A DNA stretch of 64,000 nt, taken from assembly GCA_022793375.1 (NCBI GenBank), contig JAAWCS010000040.1:1157-65156 (forward strand), read 5' to 3'. Below the pieces are notes generated by a model, which saw only the letters and a program-made list of their open reading frames with translations, had not been told where the DNA came from and searched no databases. This document shows, piece by piece, positions 52,646-61,936 of this stretch (the first letter of the stretch is position 1; the number at the start of each line of letters is the position of its first letter). The position numbers were made by a program, and so were the translations under genes. The DNA is from Lachnospiraceae bacterium. Its GTDB lineage: Bacteria; Bacillota; Clostridia; Lachnospirales; Lachnospiraceae.

Positions 52646-54030
52646 TGGATGTATTAAAGAAGGTACCTGTACGGGAGCAGGAAGCAAAGGTTAGAGCGAC
52701 CAATTTTGAGGAAGTATGTTACGGCTACAATGCCGAGGAAGCGATGCAGGAGGCGTCCCGCTGCATCAAGTGCAAAAACGCCCGCTGCATGACCGGCTGC
52801 CCGGTATCGATCCGCATCCCGGATTTCATCGGCCATGTGGAAAAGGGCGAATTTAAGGAAGCTTACGACGTAATCAGCGACGCGTCGTCGCTGCCGGCGG
52901 TCTGCGGCCGTGTCTGCCCGCAGGAGAGCCAGTGCGAGGGCGTCTGCATCCGCGGCATCAAGGGCGAGCCGATCTCCATCGGCAAGCTGGAGCGCTTTGT
53001 GGCGGACTGGGCGCGCGAGAACGGCATCCGGCCGAAAAAGAACGAACAGAAGAACGGCAAGAAAGTAGCGATCGTCGGCAGCGGCCCGGCCGGCTTGTCC
53101 TGTGCGGGCGACCTGGCAAAGTGGGGCTACGACGTAACGATCCTGGAAGCGCTGCATAAAGCGGGCGGCGTATTGACCTACGGCATTCCCGAATTCCGTC
53201 TGCCCAAGGACGGCGTTGTACAGCCGGAGATCGAGAACGTGATGAGTCTCGGCGTACATATCGAGCCCAATGTCATTGTCGGCAAGTCGATTACGATCGA
53301 CGAACTGTTAAGCGAAGAAGGCTATGACGCCGTATTCGTGGGCTCCGGCGCCGGCCTGCCGATGTTTATGGGAATTCCCGGCGAGAGCGCCAACGGCGTA
53401 TTCTCGGCCAACGAGTATTTGACCCGCAGCAATCTGATGAAGGCCGGCGAGGAGAGCACCGACACGCCGATCGTTCATGCCAAAAAGGCGGTTATCGTCG
53501 GCGGCGGCAACGTGGCGATGGATGCGGCCCGTACAGCCCTGCGCATGGGCGCGGAGACGCATATCGTATACCGCCGCAGCGAAGCAGAACTGCCGGCCCG
53601 TGTGGAGGAGGTCCACCACGCGAAGGAGGAGGGCATCATCTTCCAGCTGCTGACCAATCCGGTCGAGATCCTAGTGGACGACAACGGCTGGGTAAAGGGC
53701 GTGCGCTGCATCCGTATGGAGCTGGGCGAGCCTGACGCCTCCGGACGCCGCCGTCCGGTGCCGGTGGAGGGCTCGGAGTTTGAGATCGAGGCCGATACGG
53801 TGATTATGTCCCTGGGCACCTCGCCGAATCCGCTGATCCCCGATTCCACCAAGGGCCTGGATATCAGCAAGAGAAGATGCATCGTGACCGATCCGGAGAC
53901 CGGGCGCACCAGCAAGGAGGGCGTATTCGCCGGCGGCGATGCGGCAACCGGCGCGGCGACCGTAATTCTGGCAATGGAAGCCGGACGCAAGGCGGCCAAG
54001 GGCATCCATGAGTATTTGAGCAATAAGTAA
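52645..54030 (+). CDS. nfnB: NADPH-dependent glutamate synthase-like / NfnB subunit (FAD, two [4Fe-4S])
   Basis: 'CIKCKNARCMTGCP' and 'VCPQESQCEGVC' are the cluster motifs. 'VAIVGSGPAGLSCAGDLA' is the dinucleotide fold. A 1-nt overlap (TGATG) links it to the upstream gene. Confidence 0.75.
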   Translation: MDVLKKVPVREQEAKVRATNFEEVCYGYNAEEAMQEASRCIKCKNARCMTGCPVSIRIPDFIGHVEKGEFKEAYDVISDASSLPAVCGRVCPQESQCEGVCIRGIKGEPISIGKLERFVADWARENGIRPKKNEQKNGKKVAIVGSGPAGLSCAGDLAKWGYDVTILEALHKAGGVLTYGIPEFRLPKDGVVQPEIENVMSLGVHIEPNVIVGKSITIDELLSEEGYDAVFVGSGAGLPMFMGIPGESANGVFSANEYLTRSNLMKAGEESTDTPIVHAKKAVIVGGGNVAMDAARTALRMGAETHIVYRRSEAELPARVEEVHHAKEEGIIFQLLTNPVEILVDDNGWVKGVRCIRMELGEPDASGRRRPVPVEGSEFEIEADTVIMSLGTSPNPLIPDSTKGLDISKRRCIVTDPETGRTSKEGVFAGGDAATGAATVILAMEAGRKAAKGIHEYLSNK

Positions 54031-54036
54031 GCGATG

Positions 54037-54090
54037 CGCCCGTGAAGTAGAAGCAGAGGACGACGATGCTGTGTTTCACGGGCGTTTTTT
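54037..54090 (+). terminator. Terminator after nfnB
   Basis: cgcccgtgaa (54037-54046) pairs with ttcacgggcg (54075-54084), followed by TTTTTT. The loop is 28 nt. Confidence 0.55.
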
Positions 54091-54115
54091 GGAAAAAAGA
54101 AGAGAGGTGAAAGCA

Positions 54116-54460
54116 GTGGTAAGAAAAGAAAACAGGATCGTGCGTCATGAGATGCGCGGCGGCAAGGGCGACGTATACATGTACCATATCCTGCCGCAGG
54201 AGGAGATGATGGGCCATGGAAGGCTGTTCGCAAGAATCGTACTGCCGGCGGGCAGCAGCATCGGCCGTCATACGCACGAGGGCGATACGGAGCCGTATTA
54301 TATCCTGCGGGGAAACGGGATTTTTACGGACGCCGACGGCAGCCGCGTGCCGGTAGGCCCCGGGGACATATGTACGATTGCCTGCGGCGAGAGCCATGCG
54401 ATTGAAAATACGGGGGAGGAAGATCTGGAAATGATCGCCTTGGTTTTGTTTGAAGCCTGA
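54116..54460 (+). CDS. Cupin domain protein
   Basis: 'GRHTHEGDTEPYYILRG' and 'GESHAIEN' are cupin motifs 1 and 2. The GTG at 54116 follows GAGAGGTGA, and the upstream part of the 54071 ORF overlaps the terminator. Confidence 0.7.
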   Translation: MVRKENRIVRHEMRGGKGDVYMYHILPQEEMMGHGRLFARIVLPAGSSIGRHTHEGDTEPYYILRGNGIFTDADGSRVPVGPGDICTIACGESHAIENTGEEDLEMIALVLFEA

Positions 54461-54495
54461 GCATGTGAAGGCTGCGAAGGGAATATAAAAGAAAA

Positions 54496-54535
54496 GGCCG
54501 TCTCTGAGTAAACGGATATCAGAGACGGTCTTTTA
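54496..54535. terminator. Bidirectional terminator between convergent genes
   Basis: ccgtctctga (54498-54507) pairs with tcagagacgg (54519-54528). It is flanked by aaaag on one side and tctttt on the other. Confidence 0.7.
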
Positions 54536-55093
54536 GCGTATCAGCGCCGGTTCCTTTTCAAAAATCATATTGTAAAGGTCCTCGCAGAGCTGATCCATAA
54601 ATTCTTCGTTAAAATGCTGCTCGTACTCCCTCTCCAGCAAGATGTGGATCATATCCAGCCGTTTTAGACAGAGAATTTCCGGCGCGCCGGCCAGCGTAGC
54701 GATCGCTTCAATCTGGCGGTCGATCTGCTCGCAGGAGTAGGTCGTGATGAACCATTCGACAAGTTCATTGGCCAGCTGTCGTTCCTGATCGGCCAGGAGC
54801 TTTAAGCGTAAGCTGCTTCGATGCAGTTTGTGTGAGCCGAAAAACAGGGACAGACAGGCAGTCAGGGAAAACAAGGCGAGAACGCCCTGCGGTAGCAGCA
54901 GCCGTTTTTTTTCAAATTCGATGATCTGAAACAGGCAGAAATAGAGAAGGACAAACCCCGCTCCCAGCATGGCGCTGGAAGCGGAGCGGGTGTCCAGATA
55001 TTTCTTTTCGGTTCGTTGATATGTGCGCATGCCGGAGGGCAGGCAAGGCTTTCCATGTTCGTCGCGCGGACGCGGAGAAAGTGCTTTAGCCAT
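54533..55093 (-). CDS. Hypothetical membrane protein (two TM segments and a helical C-terminal domain)
   Basis: The ORF has hydrophobic segments 'AMLGAGFVLLYFCLFQII' and 'GVLALFSLTACLSLFF'. I recognise no family motif. Confidence 0.45.
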   Translation of the reverse strand: MAKALSPRPRDEHGKPCLPSGMRTYQRTEKKYLDTRSASSAMLGAGFVLLYFCLFQIIEFEKKRLLLPQGVLALFSLTACLSLFFGSHKLHRSSLRLKLLADQERQLANELVEWFITTYSCEQIDRQIEAIATLAGAPEILCLKRLDMIHILLEREYEQHFNEEFMDQLCEDLYNMIFEKEPALIR

Positions 55094-55119
55094 GAAAGGT
55101 GCTCCTTAACAGCAGGCTT

Positions 55120-56799
55120 TTACAGCGGCATGTCTTTTAATCGGAAGGAACCGATCAGATCCTTGAGCAGACCGGCCTGGGAGGACAGCTCTTCGCTGGC
55201 CGCGGCGCATTCTTCGCTGGTGGCGGAGTTGGTCTGAACCACGGAGGAAATCTGATCGACGCCTTCTGCGACCTGTGAAATCGCGGCGGTCTGCTTTTCT
55301 ACGGATTCGACGACAATAGCCATCTTGGTAGTCACATTGCCGGCAATCTGGTTCGTCTGCGCCAGAGAATCCGTGACCCGGTCCACCGCCTGGGCGCCTT
55401 CGTTGATGGCGGCGATGGAATTTCCGATCAATTCCTTGGTGGCCTTGGCAGCCTGATCGGATTTGGCGGCCAGGTTGCGTACTTCATCCGCTACCACGGC
55501 AAAACCTTTGCCGGCGGCGCCGGCCCGGGCCGCTTCCACGGAAGCGTTTAAGGAGAGGATATTGATCTGGAACGCAATATTTTCAATGGTAGCGATGATG
55601 GTGCTGATTTCGTTGGAGGAATTGGAAATATTTTCCATAGCTGCATTCAATTCTTTGACGTATTCAATGCTGATTCCCAGCTGAGCGCCGGCCTGATTGA
55701 CAAAATTGCCGGCCTCCTCGGCTGCGGTCGAAGTATCGCGGGCGCTGGCGGAGATATCTGCCAGCGTAGCGGAAATTTCCTCCACGGAACTGGCCTGTTC
55801 GGTAGCGCCCTGGGCCATGGCCTGAGCGCTGCTGGATACGTCGTCTGAGCCGGAGGCAACCTGATTGGCGCTGGAGGTAATCTGGCTCATCGTATGGTTG
55901 AGCGCTTTGAGGATCTGGGTCAGCGATTGACGAATGGACTGGAAATCGCCCAGATAATCCTGGCTGGTGGCAGCGGTTAAATCGTTGCCGGCAATCGAGC
56001 TTAATACGTCGGTAATTTCGCCGATATAAGCCTGCAGGCGCCGGACTGTATCTTCAAAGATACGCCCCAGCGTACCGATCTCGTCATTTGAATGGACATC
56101 GACATGGACGTCCCCGCCTCCGGCAAGGCCCAAGTCTCCTTTTTCCAGCTGCTGCGCGGCCTGCGTGATCTTGCTCAAAGGAGCGGAAACCTGCTTTTTG
56201 AGATAAGAGGACAAGAACAGGATGCAGGCAAAGATCGTGATCAGGCTTACCAGAGCGGCCAGAGCGATCACGATAATCATTTCTTTTTTCGCGTCCGCCG
56301 TAGAAATTCCGGCAAAGATCAGGCCGTTGATCTTTCCGTCCGTCCCCTTGGTAGGCACATAGGAGCAAAGATAACTCTCTCCAAGAATGGTGGCCTCGCC
56401 TATAAAGCTCTGTCCCTGCTGAAGCACGATGGTGTTCAGATTGTCGGGCAGCTTTGTGCCGACGACCCGCCGACCGTCCTGGATTACGGTACTGTAGGCA
56501 CGGGTGTCTCCCTCAAAAATAGTGAATTCACAGCCCATGCGGCTTTTCAGTTCGTCGAGAATCTGGTTTAAGTCCTCGCCTTCGGATACGCGGTCCAGTT
56601 CGCGGGCCAGCATGTTGGTGCCGTTGGTGCAGCGTTCCTTCTGCATTTTTGTAATCAGAGAACGGAACATGAGAATGCAGACAGTTACGGCCAGTACAAT
56701 CGCAATGATCTGCATAATGACCACCACATTGCCGACTTTCTGTCCAATCCGTTTGTACTTTGGATTTTGTCCGTTTTGGGACGTTTGGAATGGTTTCAT
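55120..56799 (-). CDS. Methyl-accepting chemotaxis protein (N-terminal TM, Cache-like sensor, HAMP, MA domain)
   Basis: 'LNASVEAARAGAAGKGFAVVADEVRNLA' is the highly conserved signalling hairpin. GGAGGA RBS before the ATG at 56799. Confidence 0.9.
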   Translation of the reverse strand: MKPFQTSQNGQNPKYKRIGQKVGNVVVIMQIIAIVLAVTVCILMFRSLITKMQKERCTNGTNMLARELDRVSEGEDLNQILDELKSRMGCEFTIFEGDTRAYSTVIQDGRRVVGTKLPDNLNTIVLQQGQSFIGEATILGESYLCSYVPTKGTDGKINGLIFAGISTADAKKEMIIVIALAALVSLITIFACILFLSSYLKKQVSAPLSKITQAAQQLEKGDLGLAGGGDVHVDVHSNDEIGTLGRIFEDTVRRLQAYIGEITDVLSSIAGNDLTAATSQDYLGDFQSIRQSLTQILKALNHTMSQITSSANQVASGSDDVSSSAQAMAQGATEQASSVEEISATLADISASARDTSTAAEEAGNFVNQAGAQLGISIEYVKELNAAMENISNSSNEISTIIATIENIAFQINILSLNASVEAARAGAAGKGFAVVADEVRNLAAKSDQAAKATKELIGNSIAAINEGAQAVDRVTDSLAQTNQIAGNVTTKMAIVVESVEKQTAAISQVAEGVDQISSVVQTNSATSEECAAASEELSSQAGLLKDLIGSFRLKDMPL

Positions 56800-56855
56800 C
56801 TTATATCCTCCGCGGTTCAAAATGGTATAGCTGATATACAGCACGTAGTTTTTCT

Positions 56856-56883
56856 ATTATAACATTTTTACGGCGTTTTGTAA
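56856..56883 (-). promoter_or_regulatory. Candidate promoter of the MCP gene (minus strand)
   Basis: On the minus strand: TTACAA, 16-nt spacer, TATAAT with TGt (extended -10). Confidence 0.5.
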
Positions 56884-56900
56884 TCCTGTTTTTTTGTTTT

Positions 56901-57809
56901 TTATAATCCAATTTTTGTACCGTTTTGGCGCTTGTTTGCATACTCGTCGATGCAGACCGGTTCGGCCAGTACCTCCCGGGAAACAAAGAGGCTTTGGTCG
57001 GGCCGTGTGGAAAGAGTCCATTTTACAAGAGTCAGGCAGCGGCGGCAGACTTCGATGCAGGTGATGCCCTGCGGATGGACGCAGCTGCCGGTGTTGCAGT
57101 AGGGAGCCTGCGGCGTGCCGATCATCGGCCGGTGTGTGTGGCCCGTGATCAGGATGCGCCCCTCTTCGAGAGCCCATTGCGTCAGCTTTTCTTCGGTGCG
57201 GCGCTTGCGCTTATTATTTTTGGCCGCGCTGGTGGGGTCAAGGAAACCAAGGCGCTCGGCCGGCCCCCAGAGATAGCGCACCAGGAAACGGCTGCAGCGC
57301 CAGAGCGTGCTGTTGAGAAAATCGGTTTGATGGCCGTGCGTTAGGTATAAATCCTTTATTTCCCCGGCGTCGCGCAGGATGAGCCCGGAATAAAACGTAA
57401 TTTCCGGGAAAAGGGGTTGCGGGTCCGGCCCGGATCGGTCCTCGGCAAACCAGCGGGCCGCCTGCGGGGATTTTTTGACAATGTCATGATTTCCGTATAA
57501 GGAGTAAAAGCGTCCTTCGTGGTAAAACCGCGCCAAAATGCGGAAAATGTGGCTGTGAACCTCGATAATCTGCTGCATGGAGCGGTTTTCCCACAATTCG
57601 TCCCCGTCCCCGAGTTCGATGCACGTATAGCCGTGCCGGTAATAATATTCCAGCGCCGCTTTATACAGATGCTGGTTTTTGAGAAAATTATCGTTGGAAC
57701 TGCCGGTTCCGCGATGACAGTCGCTGATCAGAAAATAGCGTGAATGTTCATAAAGAGGCAGGCAGGGGGCATCCCGGAAAGCCCGGTGCAGGCGTCGCCG
57801 GTAATTCAC
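56901..57809 (-). CDS. Metallophosphoesterase (calcineurin-like) family protein
   Basis: 'ISDCHRG', 'GDGDELWEN', 'GNHD', 'THGHQ' and 'GHTHRP' motifs. The GTG at 57809 follows GAAGGAGG and overlaps the upstream stop (GTGA). Confidence 0.8.
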   Translation of the reverse strand: MNYRRRLHRAFRDAPCLPLYEHSRYFLISDCHRGTGSSNDNFLKNQHLYKAALEYYYRHGYTCIELGDGDELWENRSMQQIIEVHSHIFRILARFYHEGRFYSLYGNHDIVKKSPQAARWFAEDRSGPDPQPLFPEITFYSGLILRDAGEIKDLYLTHGHQTDFLNSTLWRCSRFLVRYLWGPAERLGFLDPTSAAKNNKRKRRTEEKLTQWALEEGRILITGHTHRPMIGTPQAPYCNTGSCVHPQGITCIEVCRRCLTLVKWTLSTRPDQSLFVSREVLAEPVCIDEYANKRQNGTKIGL

Positions 57810-58699
57810 GTAAAACGCCTCCTTCTCTTTCGGGGCTTGCGGATGCAAACGGTTTTGCGGAAGGCAAAGGGCAGGAAACAATAGAGGTACAGCAGGCGGT
57901 CAAGATTACATGTAAACGGCCGCGTGACAAGAAGATACAGCCGGCAGAACAGGCGGTTTTTCCATTGGGAGAAGGCACGAACGAACGAACGGCACGACGG
58001 CCGCCGACGGCAGGAGTTTTGGAAACAGATGGTTACCGTATAATTGTCCACACAAAGGTCCCCTTGTCCGTAACCGCATTTTCGCAGGGCCTCCACACAG
58101 GCGCACAGCATCCCTTCGCTTGGGAAGGTCACGGAGAGGACCATCTTCAGCCGGGCCGGTTCCGAATAGAGTCCCATGGAGAAACCGGCCAGCCACCAGT
58201 GACGCCGGGAAATGGTGAACAGCCGGTGACTGTCGCGATAGAGCGAGATGCGCATCGGAAGCAGTCCCGTATCGCTGACGGCCTGGTAGAGGGCTTTTTC
58301 CCGTTCGTCCGGCGAAAGAAGCCGGCCGGCCGCGTAAATCCCGGCTTCACAGCCGGTATTGATTCCATACTGCCCTTTCCAGAGTTCGAGCAGCCAGGTT
58401 TGCCCGTCATAATCAAAGTAAATCGGTTCGCAGTCGAACACCATCTGAAACAAAGGGGCGGTGCGGTCAAAAAAGGCGCAGTAGCCGAAGTGGCGCTGCC
58501 AGGCGTCGACGCGAGAAATAAAAATATCTTGCGACGGCTCATAATCAAAGCCGGAGGGCTCAATCAGCTCCTGGAGAAGCCGACACTTTTCTTCCGGATT
58601 GCAGCAGCAGATTCGTTTGAGGCATGCCGGTCGTTTGCGGGCCTGTAAAAAAACAAACACAAGGCAGAGGGCGACCAAAAGGCCAATAAAAAAATACAT
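57806..58699 (-). CDS. DUF4474-like hypothetical protein with an N-terminal TM anchor
   Basis: 'CEPIYFDYDGQTWLLELWKGQYGINTGCEAGIY' resembles DUF4474 proteins as I recall them. N-terminal 'FFIGLLVALCLVFVFL'. Confidence 0.5.
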   Translation of the reverse strand: MYFFIGLLVALCLVFVFLQARKRPACLKRICCCNPEEKCRLLQELIEPSGFDYEPSQDIFISRVDAWQRHFGYCAFFDRTAPLFQMVFDCEPIYFDYDGQTWLLELWKGQYGINTGCEAGIYAAGRLLSPDEREKALYQAVSDTGLLPMRISLYRDSHRLFTISRRHWWLAGFSMGLYSEPARLKMVLSVTFPSEGMLCACVEALRKCGYGQGDLCVDNYTVTICFQNSCRRRPSCRSFVRAFSQWKNRLFCRLYLLVTRPFTCNLDRLLYLYCFLPFAFRKTVCIRKPRKRRRRFT

Positions 58700-58775
58700 G
58701 ATACAAAAAATCCTGGTTTTTTATTACATTGTATGTCCGGCCGGCCGAATGTGATCGTAAAATCCGCTTGTCATA

Positions 58776-58804
58776 TTGATTTTTGCCGGCCGCTTCTGTA
58801 TAAT
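58776..58804 (+). promoter_or_regulatory. Candidate promoter of rlmH
   Basis: TTGATT (58776-58781), 17-nt spacer, TATAAT (58799-58804) with TGt. Confidence 0.5.
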
Positions 58805-58856
58805 GAAACTCACTAAATACAAGGCGGCAGGACAGGCCGGCAAAGGAATCGGGGCT

Positions 58857-59336
58857 ATGCGGATTACAGTGCTGTGTGTGGGAAAAGTAAAGGAAAAATA
58901 TTATACGGATGCGATTGCCGAGTACGCAAAGCGGCTTGGCCGCTATTGCCGGCTGGAGTTTATCGAGGTAGCCGACGAAAAGACGCCGGACGGCGCGCCG
59001 GAAAGCGTGAACCGGCAGATTCGCCGCAAAGAAGGACAAAGGCTTCTGGAAAAGACGCCGGACAGCGCGCATGTGATTGCCCTGGCGATCGAAGGAAAAC
59101 AGCCGGATTCCCTGGAACTTTCCGCAAAGCTTGCGCGTCTGGCAAACAGCGGTACAAGCCATATCGTGTTCTTGATCGGCGGCTCGCTGGGGCTGTCAAA
59201 GGAGGTCATGGAGCGGGCCGACGAGGCGATGAGTTTTTCGCGTCTGACCTTTCCGCACCAGCTGATGCGCGTGATTTTATCGGAGCAGGTGTATCGGGCG
59301 TATCGGATTATGAAGAATGAGCCGTATCATAAGTAA
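58857..59336 (+). CDS. rlmH: 23S rRNA (pseudouridine1915-N3)-methyltransferase RlmH
   Basis: 'MRITVLCVGKVKEKYY' at the N-terminus, 'IGGSLGLS' and C-terminal 'LTFPHQLMRVILSEQVYRAY'. 159 aa. Confidence 0.9.
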   Translation: MRITVLCVGKVKEKYYTDAIAEYAKRLGRYCRLEFIEVADEKTPDGAPESVNRQIRRKEGQRLLEKTPDSAHVIALAIEGKQPDSLELSAKLARLANSGTSHIVFLIGGSLGLSKEVMERADEAMSFSRLTFPHQLMRVILSEQVYRAYRIMKNEPYHK

Positions 59337-59363
59337 GGGCGAAGGTTTGAGGAGGGGCTGATT

Positions 59364-60272
59364 GTGGATAAAAAAGAATCAAAAATTAAGCAGGGTGATA
59401 TTTTTATGATTCCTCTTTTTTTGCCATCGTGCCAAATGGATGAGTATACCCTTGATTATAGTAAATATCCATTTCACTCAAATGATATGTATGCATTTGG
59501 AAGGCTAATTGAAATACAGGCGGGAAATGTAGATTTGATAGAGGTCTTTTCTTATACGGGACAAATACCTCAAAGTCCTGAATGCATAATACGTTCCGGA
59601 AGAATGTTTGCCCCCGAACATATAGGACATCCGTTCTCTAGAAAAGGGCGTTGGAAAGTTATATTCAGCGATCCGCATTATGATATGTGGAGAGATTCAG
59701 ATTATGAAAATATTTCTTTTTTATCTCCTGTTGGGCATATGTGGAAGGGAAAAGAAACCATCCATATTACAAAGAAGAAACGCATCGAACTGGAAGAAGC
59801 CGGAATACCTATGTGGATTATGCATTCTCGTATAGATTTGGAAGTCAGGATTCGGTCGGTGCTTGAATCGCAGGGGATTCAGATGAACTATGAGCAGATA
59901 GTTAGTGAACGGCAGTCTGAATATCCAAAACCAAGAGAGACAGATAAAAAGTTAAAAGAAATGATTACTCCGTTTTGCTGGATGGCAGAACAAGGGAGAT
60001 ATACATTAAGTTTGGATGCTGGTTTATTAAATGGCGAGTGCTTTGCCAGAAATAATATGCTGGGAAATGGATATGATTGGGAAAAAGTTGCAGCCGCATT
60101 TATTGAAAAACAGGAAATAGATGCGGTTAAAAAATGTAGTTTTAATTGTGAAGCAGATACGTTTTCTATGACTTCCTCCTCCAAAAAAGTGTTGAAGGAA
60201 TTTGCGGTTTCTTTTCATGAATTTGTTATGGATACAGGCGCTTTTGAACAATTCCTGAGCCAGCTTTTGTAG
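59364..60272 (+). CDS. Polymorphic-toxin immunity-like protein (C-terminal Imm51-like module; N-terminal module with a 'GDIFMIPL' motif) in a low-GC islet
   Basis: 'GNGYDWEKVAAAFIEKQ...FNCEADTFSMTSSSKKVLKEFAVSFHEFVMD' matches my recollection of the Imm51 pattern (GNGYDW...F D/N xEAxMF...FA..FHE). The AT-rich codon usage contrasts with both neighbours. Confidence 0.45.
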   Translation: MDKKESKIKQGDIFMIPLFLPSCQMDEYTLDYSKYPFHSNDMYAFGRLIEIQAGNVDLIEVFSYTGQIPQSPECIIRSGRMFAPEHIGHPFSRKGRWKVIFSDPHYDMWRDSDYENISFLSPVGHMWKGKETIHITKKKRIELEEAGIPMWIMHSRIDLEVRIRSVLESQGIQMNYEQIVSERQSEYPKPRETDKKLKEMITPFCWMAEQGRYTLSLDAGLLNGECFARNNMLGNGYDWEKVAAAFIEKQEIDAVKKCSFNCEADTFSMTSSSKKVLKEFAVSFHEFVMDTGAFEQFLSQLL

Positions 60273-60433
60273 GACAGGTATTCAATAAGATTGGAACTGA
60301 CAAAGAAAAAATATCCATGAGTACTTGACACAAACGCTCGGAAGAGGTATTTTGATAAGAACGCAATAAACATGATATACCGGCGCATCGGGCGGCAGGA
60401 GCGGCGCGCTGTCAGAAAAAGGAGTGAGTTTAT

Positions 60434-61834
60434 ATGGGCAACACAAAGGAATTGGGTACAAAAAAGGTCGGCTCCCTGCTTTGGAGCCTGGCGATTCCGG
60501 CCATTATCGCGATGCTGGTAAGCCTGCTCTACAATATGGTTGACCGTATTTATATCGGAAATATGGAAAACGGCACCATCGGCATGGCCGGTCTGGCGGT
60601 GGCGGTGCCGATCATTACGCTGATTCAGGCATTTACGCAGTTGTTTGGCACGGGCGGCGCGCCGCTGGCGGCAATTAAGCTGGGAGAGCGCAAGCAGGAG
60701 GAAGCGGAGAAAATCATGACGGCATCGTTTTCGTCGCTGATTGTCTCGGGAATTGTGCTGACAGTGGTGATTGAGGCTTTTCAGGAGCCGATTCTGCGGA
60801 TGTTCGGGGCCGACGATGCCTCGCTGGTGCCGGCGATGGAGTATGTAACGGTGTATGCGCTGGGGACGGTGTTTGTGCAGATCGCTCAGGGCATGAATCC
60901 TTACATCAACACGCAGGGATTTGCGAGAATGGGGATGGCGACGATCCTGATCGGCGCGGTGCTGAATATTGTGCTGGATCCGATCTTTATTTTTGCGATG
61001 GGCATGGGAGTGCGCGGCGCTGCGGTGGCGACGATTCTTTCCCAGGGCATCTCGGCGGTGTGGGTGCTGTTTTTCCTGCTGCGAAAATCACCTATGAAAC
61101 TGCGGCGGGAATATCTGCTGCCGAAAGCGGCTACGCTGGGCTCGATTATGATGCTGGGCGTTTCGCCGTTTGTGATGAGTTCGACGGAGGGCCTTTTACA
61201 GATTGCGTTCAACAATCAGATGTCGGTCTACGGCGGCAGCATGGCCGTGGCTTCGATGGCGGTGCTTCTTAGTTTGTATCAGATTGTGCTGCTGCCGCTG
61301 TCGGGTATCTGCCAGGGGGCGCAGCCGATTTTCTCCTATAATTATGGCGCGAAGGATTACGGGCGGGTGCGGGAAACGTTCCGGCTGACCTTCCGTGTCT
61401 GCCTGCTGTATTCGTTTGTGACGGCGGGGATTATTATTCTGGCTTCGCCGGTGTTTGCGCGGATTTTTTCCAACGACGAGGCGACAATCCGCTACGGCGC
61501 GTGGGCCATCCGCATTTATCTCTTCGGCGGGATGTTTTTCGGCGCGCAGATTGCCTGCCAGCAGTCGTTTATGGCATTGGGACAGGCCAAACGCTCGCTG
61601 TGCATGGCGCTTTTGCGCAAGGTGATTTTGCTGATCCCGCTTTTGTATATCCTGCCGGCTGTGCTGGGAGATTCGGCGGCGGCCGCTTCGATGGCCGCGC
61701 CGGTGCTGGATTTGACAAAGGACGGGGCAAGGACCTTCTGCGTGCTTTTGGCGGAGCCGGTGGCGGATATCCTGGCGGCGGCGGTTACGACGCTGACGTT
61801 TTTGCAGTTTTATCGGACGCAGCTGAAACAATAA
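60434..61834 (+). CDS. MATE family efflux transporter
   Basis: 466 aa with 12 TM segments. '[28 protein letters not shown]' is a typical MATE N-terminus. Confidence 0.85.
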   Translation: MGNTKELGTKKVGSLLWSLAIPAIIAMLVSLLYNMVDRIYIGNMENGTIGMAGLAVAVPIITLIQAFTQLFGTGGAPLAAIKLGERKQEEAEKIMTASFSSLIVSGIVLTVVIEAFQEPILRMFGADDASLVPAMEYVTVYALGTVFVQIAQGMNPYINTQGFARMGMATILIGAVLNIVLDPIFIFAMGMGVRGAAVATILSQGISAVWVLFFLLRKSPMKLRREYLLPKAATLGSIMMLGVSPFVMSSTEGLLQIAFNNQMSVYGGSMAVASMAVLLSLYQIVLLPLSGICQGAQPIFSYNYGAKDYGRVRETFRLTFRVCLLYSFVTAGIIILASPVFARIFSNDEATIRYGAWAIRIYLFGGMFFGAQIACQQSFMALGQAKRSLCMALLRKVILLIPLLYILPAVLGDSAAAASMAAPVLDLTKDGARTFCVLLAEPVADILAAAVTTLTFLQFYRTQLKQ

Positions 61835-61936
61835 GGGCTGCGGCCGGGGCGCTTTCCCGCGGCATAATTTCTGGCCGTCCTGCGTAAGATGTGGTAAAGA
61901 CATTCGGACGGGGATACTGGTTTGGATTGGCATACG

